Assembly (NCBI GenBank): GCA_963826535.1
Contig: CAWGXL010000001.1
Location: 14,336 to 78,335 of the forward strand
Origin: an uncultured bacterium
GTDB lineage: Bacteria > Patescibacteriota > Microgenomatia > Levybacterales > UBA12049
DNA length: 64,000 nt
Direction: 5' to 3'
Below are positions 1 to 10,923 of this stretch, one piece after another. The position numbers and the translations under genes were made by a program. Under the pieces are notes generated by a model. It saw only the letters and a program-made list of their open reading frames with translations, searched no databases and was not told the DNA's origin. Within the stretch, counting starts at the first letter, position 1; each line of letters begins with the position of its first letter.

Positions 1-810
1 TGTCCCGAATGTGAAAATGCAAAGCATTGGAAGCAGCCTGAAAAAAATAAAGAATACAATGAATATCTTAAGCTTCAAAGAGCTTCCAATAAAGAAGCCT
101 TTGAGAAAATAAATAAAAATGTCATGACAAATATCGTCTCTGTCATAGGTGGACGAGCCAAAGAAGTTTTGGACCAGGGCACTTTTGATGCCCATGAAAA
201 TGTTGTCTCAATTGATCATTACGTTAAAAATCCCAAGCTGATGCGGGAATATATAAATTACTTTAAAGATAAATTTGATGCCCAAATAGTCATCAGCGAG
301 TTTGGAGCCCCTGTTCCTGATATAAACGGCCCAATGAATGAAGATCAACAGGCAGTTTTTATAAACTCTATTTTTGAGGAATTTTACAAAAGCCAAAATT
401 CAATTCTCGGAATAAATTATTTCGTAAGCAGCGGTGGTACAACACCTATCTTAAATACAGACTACACTCCCAAAAAGGCATATTTCATTGTCAAAAATTA
501 CTTTACACCTGGAATCGTAACCGGAAAAATAAGAGATCCTCTCGGAAACCCTCTTCAGGATGTTCAAGTCAGAACAGGTGATGCTGTTATCTCAGTAAAA
601 ACAGACAAAGACGGCAATTATAAGTTTGCAATCCCCCCACGCACAGTTATTGTTGTAGCAGGAGGGGACAATTATAATTTAATTAATTCCTCAATAAAAA
701 TAGAAGCAAGTGGAAATAAAATAACTAAAAACTTTTTAGTAACTCCCAAAAACCCAGGCTTAATTTATAAACTAAGACTCTTCTGGAAACAATTTCAGGA
801 GAAATCTTAA
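1..810 (+). CDS. 5'-truncated glycoside-hydrolase-like TIM barrel + carboxypeptidase-regulatory-like domain protein
   Basis: Frame is open from base 1. Motifs (SIDHY, VISEFGAPVPDING, TDKDGNY) match the C-terminal half of 3366..6230. Confidence 0.7.
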   Translation, partial: CPECENAKHWKQPEKNKEYNEYLKLQRASNKEAFEKINKNVMTNIVSVIGGRAKEVLDQGTFDAHENVVSIDHYVKNPKLMREYINYFKDKFDAQIVISEFGAPVPDINGPMNEDQQAVFINSIFEEFYKSQNSILGINYFVSSGGTTPILNTDYTPKKAYFIVKNYFTPGIVTGKIRDPLGNPLQDVQVRTGDAVISVKTDKDGNYKFAIPPRTVIVVAGGDNYNLINSSIKIEASGNKITKNFLVTPKNPGLIYKLRLFWKQFQEKS

Positions 811-1949
811 TTGTTTATCGCTGATAAATGTTCTTTATAGTTCGTCCCATTAGGAGACTTAGGCGTTCCATCAAAATTGTAAATTAAGGACCAATTTCCG
901 CAATCCCAACTCCACGTATTCCATGTCCATATAAGATAACTTACTTTATGCTTATCAAGCCAATCAAGAACCTCATTCGTTTTCTCAACACTACATACAT
1001 CACCCTTTACACTTTCCCCGAATTCTCCTGCTATAAGCGGCACCTTCTCCGCAACGGGCGCAATCATTCTGTCATAACACGCAGTCGTATTACATGGATT
1101 ACCATTCGGATAAATATGCCAGGAAGCAGCAAGATTATTAAGCGGATCAACAGGTTTATATTCCAACCATTTTGATAAATCATTTGCATATCTAATCCCT
1201 CCAAGTAAAATGATATTCTCCGCCCCGGTTTGCCGGACAGTATTTACAAGTGTTTGCATACCGACAGTATCATAAGAAACTCCCGGACATTTGCCTCCCT
1301 CTTTCCAACATTTCCAGGCAGCATCGCTTCCCCGGTTTTTATCCGGAAATGTTTCATTAATTACATCTAATAACACTTTCCTATTATCCTTAAATTCATT
1401 AGCTGCACTTTCCCAAAACGAGACAGCATATTTCGCATTTGGCATAGCCTGATTGCTCGTTTTTCGAAGTTCCGGCCCGCTCCAATGTAAATCTACAATA
1501 ACATATATATTATTATCAATAAGGCGCTTCACATAATCCTTTATAAAAAGTCTATATTTTTCTCCACTATATTCTTCTTTTACATCAGATAATCCAAGCC
1601 AGCAATGTTCATTAAGCGGAATTCGCACAGCATTTATCCTCCATGATTTCATGGCCAGAATTGTACTATCATCAGTCGGCCCATCCATAAACCCGCGTCC
1701 CTGCACGCACATATACTCCGCACCGGATCGGTTTACACCACGCAGTATAATAGTCTGTCCCTGTTCATTTTTTAATACATTTCCCTCAACATGCAATTCA
1801 GAAATTCGGGGCTCTAATATTTTAGGAGTTGGCTTTATATTTTTATTTGCAAAAATTGAAAAATTTTGCTTCGCAAGCACATTTGTCACCAATGGAATTA
1901 TTGAAACACACAGAAAAATAATCAACCAAAAATAGTATTTTTTTCTCAC
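807..1949 (-). CDS. GH5 cellulase-family glycoside hydrolase, secreted or anchored
   Basis: LRGVNRSG, VRIPLN, DLHW, INE acid/base, WHIY, GEFG nucleophile, WTWN; N-terminal TM. Confidence 0.9.
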   Translation of the reverse strand: MRKKYYFWLIIFLCVSIIPLVTNVLAKQNFSIFANKNIKPTPKILEPRISELHVEGNVLKNEQGQTIILRGVNRSGAEYMCVQGRGFMDGPTDDSTILAMKSWRINAVRIPLNEHCWLGLSDVKEEYSGEKYRLFIKDYVKRLIDNNIYVIVDLHWSGPELRKTSNQAMPNAKYAVSFWESAANEFKDNRKVLLDVINETFPDKNRGSDAAWKCWKEGGKCPGVSYDTVGMQTLVNTVRQTGAENIILLGGIRYANDLSKWLEYKPVDPLNNLAASWHIYPNGNPCNTTACYDRMIAPVAEKVPLIAGEFGESVKGDVCSVEKTNEVLDWLDKHKVSYLIWTWNTWSWDCGNWSLIYNFDGTPKSPNGTNYKEHLSAINN

Positions 1950-2060
1950 TATAAATAGATTAACATAATAATTGTATACAATTCTATATACTAAGTTATG
2001 GGGATATAAAATCTAATTACGTATATTTGAGGCAACCTCAAATTTTCTCAATTTTTACCA

Positions 2061-2513
2061 TCAGTTTACTATCTGACGCTTAAACTCCCTTGACTTTTCC
2101 AATTTATCTATTTTCTCCTCCAACCGCTTAATATCATCCTTTGTAGCCATATATTTGATATCGTCTTTAGTTGCCATATTCTTAATGTCATCCTTAGTTG
2201 CCATATTCTTTATATCATCTTTTGTAGCCATATTTTTAATATCTTTCATCCTCACCATATCTTTAATATCATCTTTGGTCGCCATGTCTTTACGTATTCT
2301 CGCTTCAGAAGCCTTTATAGCAGCATCCATATCTATACGTATTCCCGCCTCACAAGCTTTAATAGCAGCATCAGTATTTGCATTTATATTAATCTCCGAT
2401 GTTTTGGCTCTTGCATCAAAAAGCATTCCTGCTAATTTGACAAACATTTTTAAATCTTCTTCTCTTTGTCTTGTCATATTAGAAAGTGTAGCAATATTGT
2501 TATACTTATGCAA
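2061..2513 (-). CDS. Coiled-coil protein with MATKDDIKN repeats (start may be ATG at 2477)
   Basis: Tandem 9-aa repeats in the ORF. Confidence 0.7.
   Translation of the reverse strand: MHKYNNIATLSNMTRQREEDLKMFVKLAGMLFDARAKTSEININANTDAAIKACEAGIRIDMDAAIKASEARIRKDMATKDDIKDMVRMKDIKNMATKDDIKNMATKDDIKNMATKDDIKYMATKDDIKRLEEKIDKLEKSREFKRQIVN
2125..2290. repeat. 27-bp coding tandem repeat, about 6 degenerate units
   Basis: Repeated atcatc/gtcc-tttg/agt-gccatat units. Confidence 0.8.
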
Positions 2514-2553
2514 TAATCTCTACTAATTCAAACTGTAACAATGAGGAATAAAT

Positions 2554-3096
2554 TTATTTAAACCGTATTGGAATTACCAGAGGCCCGTTCTTACCCGGAA
2601 TATCCGCTATATTAACTTTCTCAATCAATAATTGACCACGCACCAACCCGGCAGGTACCTTAAAATCAATAGCCGCAACAAACGGCACAAAAGTATCCTT
2701 TTTCGGCATATCCGTCAACGCGAAAACCGATTTTTCGACAATTATATTCAGATCTTTATCCACCAATTTAATAGTCAACCTGTTATTTCCATACCAACTC
2801 GCCTTTGCTTTGCCTTCTACTTTAAACGGCGATGAAACAACCGCGTATGGCTTGGGATCCGTCACCTCTATATAATCTTTAAGCGCCACGTGATTATCTT
2901 CCTCTATGTATAACGTACCTGCCTTTGTATGGCACTCTCGCGGATTCGTTTCAACAACCAGGTTGCCCGCATCAGCACAGTCTTTAAATGACAGGATATT
3001 TTTAGGCACCTTAGACTTTACATACCACGAATAAGCAAACAACCCTGCTGCAATAATTACCAAAACAATGAGTAGAATAATAACCCACTTTTTCAT
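2554..3096 (-). CDS. Membrane-anchored Gmad2 Ig-like domain protein
   Basis: N-terminal TM, SFxDC..AG...E..PREC motif, V.SPF.V.G.A...W Ig-like domain. Confidence 0.7.
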   Translation of the reverse strand: MKKWVIILLIVLVIIAAGLFAYSWYVKSKVPKNILSFKDCADAGNLVVETNPRECHTKAGTLYIEEDNHVALKDYIEVTDPKPYAVVSSPFKVEGKAKASWYGNNRLTIKLVDKDLNIIVEKSVFALTDMPKKDTFVPFVAAIDFKVPAGLVRGQLLIEKVNIADIPGKNGPLVIPIRFK

Positions 3097-3118
3097 GATC
3101 TTTATGACTTACACTGTC

Positions 3119-3145
3119 GTCATTCCCGCGAAGGCGGGAATCCAG
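3119..3145. repeat. REP-like palindrome GTCATTCCCGCGAAGGCGGGAATCCAG
   Basis: Hairpin; near-identical copy at 12366. Confidence 0.85.
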
Positions 3146-3265
3146 AAAGTATAATTAATATTTTCCAAGCAAATGTGTAAACCGAGTCTACTTAAATTAT
3201 TGTAGAAATTTCTCTAAAACACAAGAGGCATTAAAAAGTGTAACAATTCACTGCTGACACAATTT

Positions 3266-3338
3266 TGTCATCGCGAGGCCCCGCTAAGCGGGGCCGTGGC
3301 GATCTATGAAGATTGCTTCGCTGTCGCTCGCAATGACA
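3266..3338. repeat. REP-like element TGTCATCGCGAG...GATTGCTTCG...CTCGCAATGACA
   Basis: Terminal inverted repeat plus inner GC hairpin; related half copy at 7063. Confidence 0.8.
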
Positions 3339-3365
3339 TTTTTATTTTAGAAAGTAATTTTTTTA

Positions 3366-6230
3366 TTAAAAAAACCTTTTTTGAATATCCTTTATAATTA
3401 GCTCAAGCCTGTATTCCCAATCTAAATTCTCCGGCTCCAAAACAATATCCTGAATAGTCGAATGCCCGGAAGTAATAGATACTTTTTTCTTCGCCTCATT
3501 ATATCCCTTCCCCTCAATACTAAGCTCAGCATCTTTCACCGGAAGGATAAACTCATATCTGCCCGCCTCGTCTGTGAGTACGCTTCTATCTTCCGCTTCT
3601 CCGGTCTGAATTTTTGCGTTTCGCAATGGATGACCAAGCGTATTCACAACAGTACCTGTCACAATTCCCGGTGCGAAATATTTCCTGATAATTTTAACTG
3701 CCAGTTTCGGCTTATTAGTAGTAGAACTGGCAAGTCCAGTAGATCCTCCGGTCAAAACCCAATAACTTATGCCCTCAACTGTATCTCTATGCTTATACAT
3801 GCGTTGTAACAATGCATCAATAAATTTAGCTTGCTCCGCCTCATTCATAATTCCATTCAAATCCGGTATCGGCGCGCCAAACTCACCTATTACAACTTTT
3901 GCCTTATATTTATCTTTAAAATAAAGGATAAATTCCTCCATCCCTTCAGCATCTTTCGTATAATGATCAATAGTTACCTTGCCCCCTATAGCGTCAATAG
4001 TATTCTGGTCAAGCATACCTTTTGCTACCCCGCCGCTCATCGAAAACCAATCAATCTCAAGTGTCTTTCCGATAGCCCCAAAAGCATTCTGCGCCGTATT
4101 ATGCTGATCAACCAAAAATTGACGATACAATGCATATGTGTTTTCGTCGCGTCCTTTAAAATGTTCTCCATTTTCTGCCTCAGGCGCAGGAGTAAAAATA
4201 TCACCATTTTCAAAAAGATCCGGATTATCCAGGATAAACAGCTGTGTCTTAGCCAAATGCTCCTCAGAAGTCATGCCTTTGGGATATCCAAACCATCCCT
4301 CCCAGCTTGACCAATTACCTCTAAACCAAACTGCCAGATCTTTCTCTCTGGCTTTTTCAACCCACATTTTCAGATGCGGTAAAAATTCTTCGTCATAAGG
4401 AGTTGCAAGAGCTACGCAATTTGCGCCCATACCTTTAATCAGAGATAACTGCGCTTCAATATCTTTTTCAACTGTTGGCTTTTTTGCCCATACCCTTGCC
4501 TGATCTCTTGAAATTTTCATTGTATCAATGCATTGATATTTCCAGAAAGTGGGGATTGCTCCGCCTGCTGCCGTGCCTTTGTTTATGACTTTTTTTTGTA
4601 CGTCTCCTGTTACCGCAAAATATCTGTTTGCAAAAAATATCGATACCACTAAAATAATAAGAATTGGAATATATACTTTTATAATTGCGCTTGTACTTAA
4701 CATTTTTGTCTCTACCTTTGGGCGAAGCCATATTATACACAATGCGACTACTGTAATACAAAAGAAGAGAATAATATAATAGGTGAGGGGAGTGAACAAA
4801 TTACTTAGAAAAGTACCATAAATAAACGAGCTCGTAGTGCCGTTAACTAAAAACTCCCAATTCGCCAGATAATAATCCGTCATCTCATCCGTTACTACCT
4901 CAACGCTCGGCGGAATAGCATTTGTTGTAAGCGCCCCTAAAAGAGAAATTCCGATGCCGTAAATTACCAACACCGAAATTACTATTTTTGGCAGTATGCC
5001 GTACTTAACAACTAAATCAAAAGCCCGACCGACTGCAAGAGCCAAAAGAGGTAAGGTGGGTATAAGGTATCTTGGACCAAACGCCCATCCGCCCCATGGA
5101 TCATCATAAGCTCCGTATAAAACAAGATTTGCAATAAAAGTTAAGAAAACGATTTCCCACCATTTTTCATCTTTAAAGTAACTTATACTAAGTCCCAAAA
5201 CAGCCAAAAGAAAAATAGGCGCGTAGACAAACAATCCGCGGTCACGGCTTATAAGCAGAATATTAATTCCGTCAATTAGTCCTGCTGCATCAAATCGCGA
5301 GGAATATGACTTTTGCTCAAACAGATCATTGGAAAGCGTATCGTATTTAATTCCCTGTATATCCAAAACTCTTATATTATATTTATTGGAAAATGTTATT
5401 GGTTGTTTGTAGTGATAATTATTGTAAATTATAAATATATACAGAATAGGAACAAGTGCTACCGCTCCGAATATCATTTTCAGTGGAAATTTGAAATGTA
5501 TCTTTTTTTCTTGTCTTTCTTTAAAAAATGTTGTCCTGAGTAATGTGATTAGTATAAGAGGGGACAGGATAAATAAATTCGGATAATCAACAAAAAAATT
5601 AAGTCCATAGGCAAACCATAATACAAAAAAATACCAATAATTTTTCTCCCCCCGGATTATAGATACGCTCATCCAGAAACAAACAGCAATTAAAAAAGCA
5701 GATACCGGATGCGCAGACAAAGTAACGCTATATGCGAATGCGCCTGAGCCGACAGCAAAAACGATCGCTGAAAAGACAGCTGCCCTTTTACTTAAATTGA
5801 GCTTCCTTCCAATTTTCAACATGACTATTGCGGTTAGAATTGAAAATATAGCTGACGTAGCGTAAGTAAATACCTGGGCGAGTGAGAAAAATTTCCCTAT
5901 GATGTATAGAGGAGTTGCTATAAAAGCCACACCTGACGGGAAGGATGGATAATAATGACCGTCATACCAGGCCAAATCAGGTCGGACAAAATCAGGGTAC
6001 TCATCAACATTGAAATCCAGATTCTCAGCTAGTGATATTGCTTGGGCATATCTTCCTCTTTCCAATGACGACTCAAAAGTAACCGTATGGGTATCTGCTT
6101 TTTCCCCGGCTTTGCCATTGGGATGAAAATTGCCCACAGCTCCCCTCAAAGTTAGAAGAAATATAACTATTAAAAAAATAACAGCAACTAAATTTGCATG
6201 CCGCGCAAATTGACTATACCGCAAATTCAT
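3366..6230 (-). CDS. GT-C-like multi-TM glycosyltransferase fused to GH-like TIM barrel and carboxypeptidase-regulatory-like domain
   Basis: About 13 TM helices with GGWAFGPRYL motif; soluble domain with IDTMK, WFRG, TIDHY, IGEFG. Confidence 0.75.
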   Translation of the reverse strand: MNLRYSQFARHANLVAVIFLIVIFLLTLRGAVGNFHPNGKAGEKADTHTVTFESSLERGRYAQAISLAENLDFNVDEYPDFVRPDLAWYDGHYYPSFPSGVAFIATPLYIIGKFFSLAQVFTYATSAIFSILTAIVMLKIGRKLNLSKRAAVFSAIVFAVGSGAFAYSVTLSAHPVSAFLIAVCFWMSVSIIRGEKNYWYFFVLWFAYGLNFFVDYPNLFILSPLILITLLRTTFFKERQEKKIHFKFPLKMIFGAVALVPILYIFIIYNNYHYKQPITFSNKYNIRVLDIQGIKYDTLSNDLFEQKSYSSRFDAAGLIDGINILLISRDRGLFVYAPIFLLAVLGLSISYFKDEKWWEIVFLTFIANLVLYGAYDDPWGGWAFGPRYLIPTLPLLALAVGRAFDLVVKYGILPKIVISVLVIYGIGISLLGALTTNAIPPSVEVVTDEMTDYYLANWEFLVNGTTSSFIYGTFLSNLFTPLTYYIILFFCITVVALCIIWLRPKVETKMLSTSAIIKVYIPILIILVVSIFFANRYFAVTGDVQKKVINKGTAAGGAIPTFWKYQCIDTMKISRDQARVWAKKPTVEKDIEAQLSLIKGMGANCVALATPYDEEFLPHLKMWVEKAREKDLAVWFRGNWSSWEGWFGYPKGMTSEEHLAKTQLFILDNPDLFENGDIFTPAPEAENGEHFKGRDENTYALYRQFLVDQHNTAQNAFGAIGKTLEIDWFSMSGGVAKGMLDQNTIDAIGGKVTIDHYTKDAEGMEEFILYFKDKYKAKVVIGEFGAPIPDLNGIMNEAEQAKFIDALLQRMYKHRDTVEGISYWVLTGGSTGLASSTTNKPKLAVKIIRKYFAPGIVTGTVVNTLGHPLRNAKIQTGEAEDRSVLTDEAGRYEFILPVKDAELSIEGKGYNEAKKKVSITSGHSTIQDIVLEPENLDWEYRLELIIKDIQKRFF

Positions 6231-6430
6231 ATTTAATATAATTAATTATAACAAGGCTCAGTCTTTACACAAGCCACAACTATGTAAACTAGTTGTTGCA
6301 AGCCCAAAAAACCTAACCGCCAAGGCTTGAAAAAAAATATAATCATCAACCTTGTCATCCCTGCGCCTGCCCGCCTTTGGAGGGAACACCTTTATTTATT
6401 AAGTAATAGGGTATAATATACACATAAAAT

Positions 6431-7057
6431 ATGATTTTCCAAAATAGGGAAGATGCAGGCAGGAAACTTGCTATAAAGTTAAAAAAATTTAAAAATAAAA
6501 ACGTACTGGTTCTCGCTCTTCCAAGAGGAGGTGTTCCTGTGGCTGCACAAATATCCGGTTCTTTAAAAGTACCCCTTGACGTACTCGTCGTCCGCAAAAT
6601 AGGCGTCCCGCGCAACCCCGAACTTGCACTAGGCGCACTTGCTCCGAATGGAATATTGTACTTAGATAAATTAACAATTCAAATCCTGGGAATAACGGAC
6701 GAACAAATTAAAGGGATCGCCAAAAAAGAGGAAGAGGAAATAATCCGCAGACAAAAAGAATACCGTGGAGACCAACCCCCGCCGGACATCAAAGGTAAAA
6801 TAATTATTCTGGTAGATGACGGCATAGCAACCGGCGCGAGCGTAAAAACAGCTATCCGGGCAATACAAAAAAAACATCCTCTCAAGCTCATCGTTGCTGT
6901 TCCGGTTTGCTCAATAGTTGTATCCAAAGAAATTAAACTTCTGGTTGATGAATTTATCTGCCTGGAAACCCCCAGATACTTTACAGCTGTAAGCGGCTGG
7001 TACAAAAACTTCGCTCAAATCACAGACAAAGAAGTAAAAAAGCTCCTGCGCCCATAA
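6431..7057 (+). CDS. Phosphoribosyltransferase family protein
   Basis: LALPRGGVPV and PRPP motif ILVDDGIATGAS. Confidence 0.9.
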   Translation: MIFQNREDAGRKLAIKLKKFKNKNVLVLALPRGGVPVAAQISGSLKVPLDVLVVRKIGVPRNPELALGALAPNGILYLDKLTIQILGITDEQIKGIAKKEEEEIIRRQKEYRGDQPPPDIKGKIIILVDDGIATGASVKTAIRAIQKKHPLKLIVAVPVCSIVVSKEIKLLVDEFICLETPRYFTAVSGWYKNFAQITDKEVKKLLRP

Positions 7058-7062
7058 GTTTA

Positions 7063-7106
7063 TGCCATTGCGAGGATCCCGATTTAATCGGGAGACGAAG
7101 CAATCC
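7063..7106. repeat. Half REP-like element (GCCATTGCGAG...CGAAGCAATCC)
   Basis: Similar to the 5' half of the 3266 element; inner hairpin TCCCGATT-AATCGGGA. Confidence 0.65.
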
Positions 7107-7169
7107 CTCTAAAAAACTACCGCATGCTACTTGTTTACATAACAAACAACTAGTAATATAAAAGTAGGA

Positions 7170-7505
7170 ATGAAACTCTTAGCCCGTTTGCTTATCAGTA
7201 CGCTTGCAATAGTAATTACAACTTATCTTTTAAAGGGTATACATGTGGATGATCTCGGAGCCGCCCTCTTAGCCGCAATAGTTCTTGGAATAATCAATGT
7301 AACAATAAAACCCCTCCTTTTTCTCCTGACCCTCCCGATAACTATTTTTACACTCGGAATATTTACGCTTGTAATCAATGCGTCCCTTGTCCTTCTAACT
7401 GCCTATTTAATCCCGGGCTTCGCTGTAGATAATTTTGCCTGGGCATTGCTCTTCAGCATCGTCCTCACAATAGTAAATTACATGCTCTACAAACTAATCG
7501 AATAA
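7170..7505 (+). CDS. 4-TM phage-holin-family (YvlD-like) membrane protein
   Basis: IKPLLFLLTLPITIFTLGIFTLVINA signature. Confidence 0.85.
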   Translation: MKLLARLLISTLAIVITTYLLKGIHVDDLGAALLAAIVLGIINVTIKPLLFLLTLPITIFTLGIFTLVINASLVLLTAYLIPGFAVDNFAWALLFSIVLTIVNYMLYKLIE

Positions 7506-7895
7506 ACTTACTTAATTGTACCTTTTGAGCTACGCTATGCGACACTACGAAGTAGCTAGTGCCCTTGTGGTGCAACAAAATGCCTGATGGTGAACTCGTT
7601 TATCAATTTACTGTTTCCTGCCTCCAATTAATTCCTCCTTCTATCTCACCATCCTCAGTTATCATCCCCATACTGGATGTAATTTGTGCATTTAATAATT
7701 GCAGATCTTCCGCTCCAAATCCCAACAAGGTGTGATCATGCGTATACATATCGGGAACCGCCGCATTATCAACTGTAATCTTCTTCTGCCCCCTATAAAT
7801 TACAAGTTTCATTGAAGTAACATCATGCTAAAGTACCTATGTGATAGGTGCATATAAATACTGTAAGAATCACGAAAACTCCACCTTGCAAATTC

Positions 7896-8982
7896 TTAAT
7901 CCAATTTCCGGAACGCACGAAGTAGCCTCTTGACCTGAGATAGACTTGAACTCGGAAAATTCGCGATCCTGAATTCATCATCTTTCCTGTCACCATATCC
8001 CGTACTTACAACAATCCCTTTTTTTAAAAGTTGTGAAAGTATATTTACAGTTTCTCCCTTCGATTCAATAACTATAATAGTTTCCGATCGAAACTCATGA
8101 TCATCAACGATCGGTTTATATTTAGGATGAGAATCAAAATATTCATATATAATCTGTGCTTTATCGCGGGTTTCCTGTCGTATATTGTCTATGCCGCGTT
8201 CTTGAATATCCTCACATACTTTTCCCAACAAATAAATATCAAGAATATTTGGCGTCTCATGAGTTTGAAACTTACGTGCGTATTCTTCCATAATAAGAAA
8301 ATTATGATAACTTCCGATTATGACTCCCTTATCAGAAAGTCGTTTTGCGCGAATCATAGCCGCAGGGCTAACTATTAGTACGCCAAGTCCCGAAGGTAAC
8401 CCAAACCCCTTTTGCACTGAAAGATATACCATATCCAAACTTGTAAAATCAATTGAAACATTTGGCGCGGATGATACTACATCAACTGCCAAAAGTGCAT
8501 TTTTATTAAATTGTTTTAGGCTATAGACACGATCCATTGACATAGAAACACCGGTACTTGTTTCATTGTGTACTACACAAATGCACTCACTTGCTACAGG
8601 CACTATTATTGAATCTAATATAAATCCGTGTCCCGCAGGAACTTCTAGTCTTTCTGCCTTCTTACCAAGCTGCGTTGCGATCCTGAAAAAAGTGTTCGAA
8701 AAAAGCTCCGTTCACTAAATGAAAAGACTTCTCCTCAACCGTGTTCTCAATTATCCTCTCCATAGCTTCGGTTGCCGACCCGAGAAAAAATATACGGTAA
8801 TCCTGAGGAATCCCCATAAGCTTACGCAAATTATCAGTAGTATTTTTATAAATGTCAGCAAACTGCTTCCCTCTATGATTTGTAATAAAGATATCATTAC
8901 GCATTGCAGTCTTAATATGCGACTTAACAGTAGGATACAACGCCGAAGGCCCAACAGTAAAAAACATCTTTCTTCTACTCAT
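7896..8982 (-). pseudogene. serC: Phosphoserine aminotransferase split by a +1 frameshift in an A6 run (8699-8704)
   Basis: FTVGPS, GSATEAME, HNETSTG, DVVSS, SVQKGFG. Removing one base joins GAF-SNTFFRIATQLGK to the downstream frame. Confidence 0.85.
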
Positions 8983-8993
8983 AATTCTTGCTT

Positions 8994-10892
8994 CTAGTAT
9001 AGCACCCTAAATCTAATCGTATTCGGTATCTTCCTCAATTTATCAAGTACCGCCTTCTTATACTCTTTATTAACGTCCGTAATAACATACCCAACCTCTT
9101 CATTAGTCTTAAGATACTGCCCGGCAATATTAATATTGTTATCAGCTAGTAACCCGTTAATTTTAGCGAGAATTCCGGGAAAGTTTTTATGCAAATGCAG
9201 AAGTCTATGCGTATCTTTTTGTTCAGGAAGAGCAAGGTTAGGAAAATTCACCGAAAGCACACTGCTTCCTGTATTTACATACTGAATAAGCTTGCCGCTT
9301 ACAAATTCTCCTATATTTTTTTGGGCCTCTTCCGTGCTTCCGCTAATGTGAGGTGTTAAGATAACATTGGGTAACCCAAGAAGCGGGGAATGGAAGGATG
9401 CTGTGTTTTTCTTTGGTTCATTTGGGAATACATCAACTGCCGCGCCTATCACCTTGCCTTGTTTAATCGCCTTCGCTAGGGCGTTAATATCAACCACGTG
9501 TCCGCGACTTGAATTAAGAAAAATTACCCCGTCCTTCATTTGCTCAAACTCCGGCTCTCCTATAAGATTTTTATTAGTTTTTGCACCGTCTACATGAATT
9601 GAAATAACGTCGCATGTAGTCAAAAGTTGAGCGAGTGACTGACATTTTTTACTGTTTCCTAGTACTAATTTATCCAATACATCATAAAAATATACACTCA
9701 TCCCCATACTCTCAGCCAAAACTGAAAGTTGGGATCCAATATTCCCAAACCCGACAATTCCAAGTTTTTTTCCGCGTATTTCAAAACTTCCCGATGATGA
9801 CTTGTCCCATCGCCCCTTATGCATAAGCGTACTTCTCTCAAAAGCTTTTCTGTACAATATTATGATCTCGCCCAGGATTAGCTCGACAACACTTCTTGTA
9901 TTGCTGTATGGTGCATTAAATACCGCAATACCGCGCCTGACTGCATCGGTTAGGTCAATTTGGTTCGTGCCAATGCAATACGCACCTATTGCGAGTAACT
10001 TTTTTGCGGACTTTAGTACCTTGGTAGTAATTTCCGTTTTGGAACGGATACCAATTATAGAAACATCCGCAATTTCTTTTTGCAGCTCAATTTGAGTTAA
10101 CGCGTTTTTAATTATTTTAACAGCATATCCTTCGTTTGAAAGAAACGCCACGGCATTCTGGTTCACATTCTCAAGAAGCAGAACCTTAATTTTTGATGTT
10201 GGATAGGATTGCGACCGGGGGAGATCAAATAAATAAAGGAGTTCATCAAAATTTTTTATTATTTTATCCGCTTTAGCAACCACCCCTTTACGGTACACGT
10301 TCTCGGTGAAAGCATAGAATTTATCCGCTTTACCCTGTTCTTTAATTTGGTAATCGGTAATACCATCACCAATAATATGAACAGCACCGTTTAGTTTTAA
10401 AGCTTGTACAGCTTTTACCTTACCGTTAATCTGAGCCAACGGATTTGATTTATCAAAACCTGTAATAAAACCTCTATTATTATAATTAAAAGTATTCGCC
10501 AGAATATGATCCTCCGCAATACCGAATTCCCTAACAACAGGAAAGACATACTCTTTAAAGCCTCCGCTGATGATATAAATATCCCCTCTTTTATCCTGGA
10601 AAAATTTTTTATTGCGTATTACAGATGGCGTAATATGATTCTTGAGCAGTTCTGTAAGGTGAATTATATCTTTTTTTATCGGGCGGAATAATAAAAGACG
10701 TTTCTGAAGAGATGTTGGAAAATCAATAACCCCCTCCATTCCCGCCTTTGTAATATTTGCCACTTCCTTTGTAATTTTTGCCTTTTCCCTACTATTTTTT
10801 AAAGCTATAACAGCCAGTGCGTCTAGTGCCTCGACAGTTACAAAAGTGCTATCAAAATCAATAATAAAATACTGTTTTCTGTCCATGTCCAT
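8994..10892 (-). CDS. serA: HAD phosphoserine phosphatase fused to D-3-phosphoglycerate dehydrogenase with ACT domain
   Basis: DFDSTF, SGG, GDG.TD; CIGTNQ, GFGNIG, TPHI.GSTEEAQ; C-terminal ACT. Confidence 0.92.
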   Translation of the reverse strand: MDMDRKQYFIIDFDSTFVTVEALDALAVIALKNSREKAKITKEVANITKAGMEGVIDFPTSLQKRLLLFRPIKKDIIHLTELLKNHITPSVIRNKKFFQDKRGDIYIISGGFKEYVFPVVREFGIAEDHILANTFNYNNRGFITGFDKSNPLAQINGKVKAVQALKLNGAVHIIGDGITDYQIKEQGKADKFYAFTENVYRKGVVAKADKIIKNFDELLYLFDLPRSQSYPTSKIKVLLLENVNQNAVAFLSNEGYAVKIIKNALTQIELQKEIADVSIIGIRSKTEITTKVLKSAKKLLAIGAYCIGTNQIDLTDAVRRGIAVFNAPYSNTRSVVELILGEIIILYRKAFERSTLMHKGRWDKSSSGSFEIRGKKLGIVGFGNIGSQLSVLAESMGMSVYFYDVLDKLVLGNSKKCQSLAQLLTTCDVISIHVDGAKTNKNLIGEPEFEQMKDGVIFLNSSRGHVVDINALAKAIKQGKVIGAAVDVFPNEPKKNTASFHSPLLGLPNVILTPHISGSTEEAQKNIGEFVSGKLIQYVNTGSSVLSVNFPNLALPEQKDTHRLLHLHKNFPGILAKINGLLADNNINIAGQYLKTNEEVGYVITDVNKEYKKAVLDKLRKIPNTIRFRVLY

Positions 10893-10923
10893 TGATTAAT
10901 CCCATGTATAATATCATATAAAG

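Noticed and set aside
2125-2290. Possible CRISPR array
   Set aside because: Contiguous 27-bp coding repeats with no spacers; no cas genes in the window.
7170-7505. Holin as evidence of a prophage
   Set aside because: This family is commonly chromosomal and no phage genes are adjacent.
7603-7812. 69-aa ORF
   Set aside because: No recognisable motif; cannot support it as a gene.
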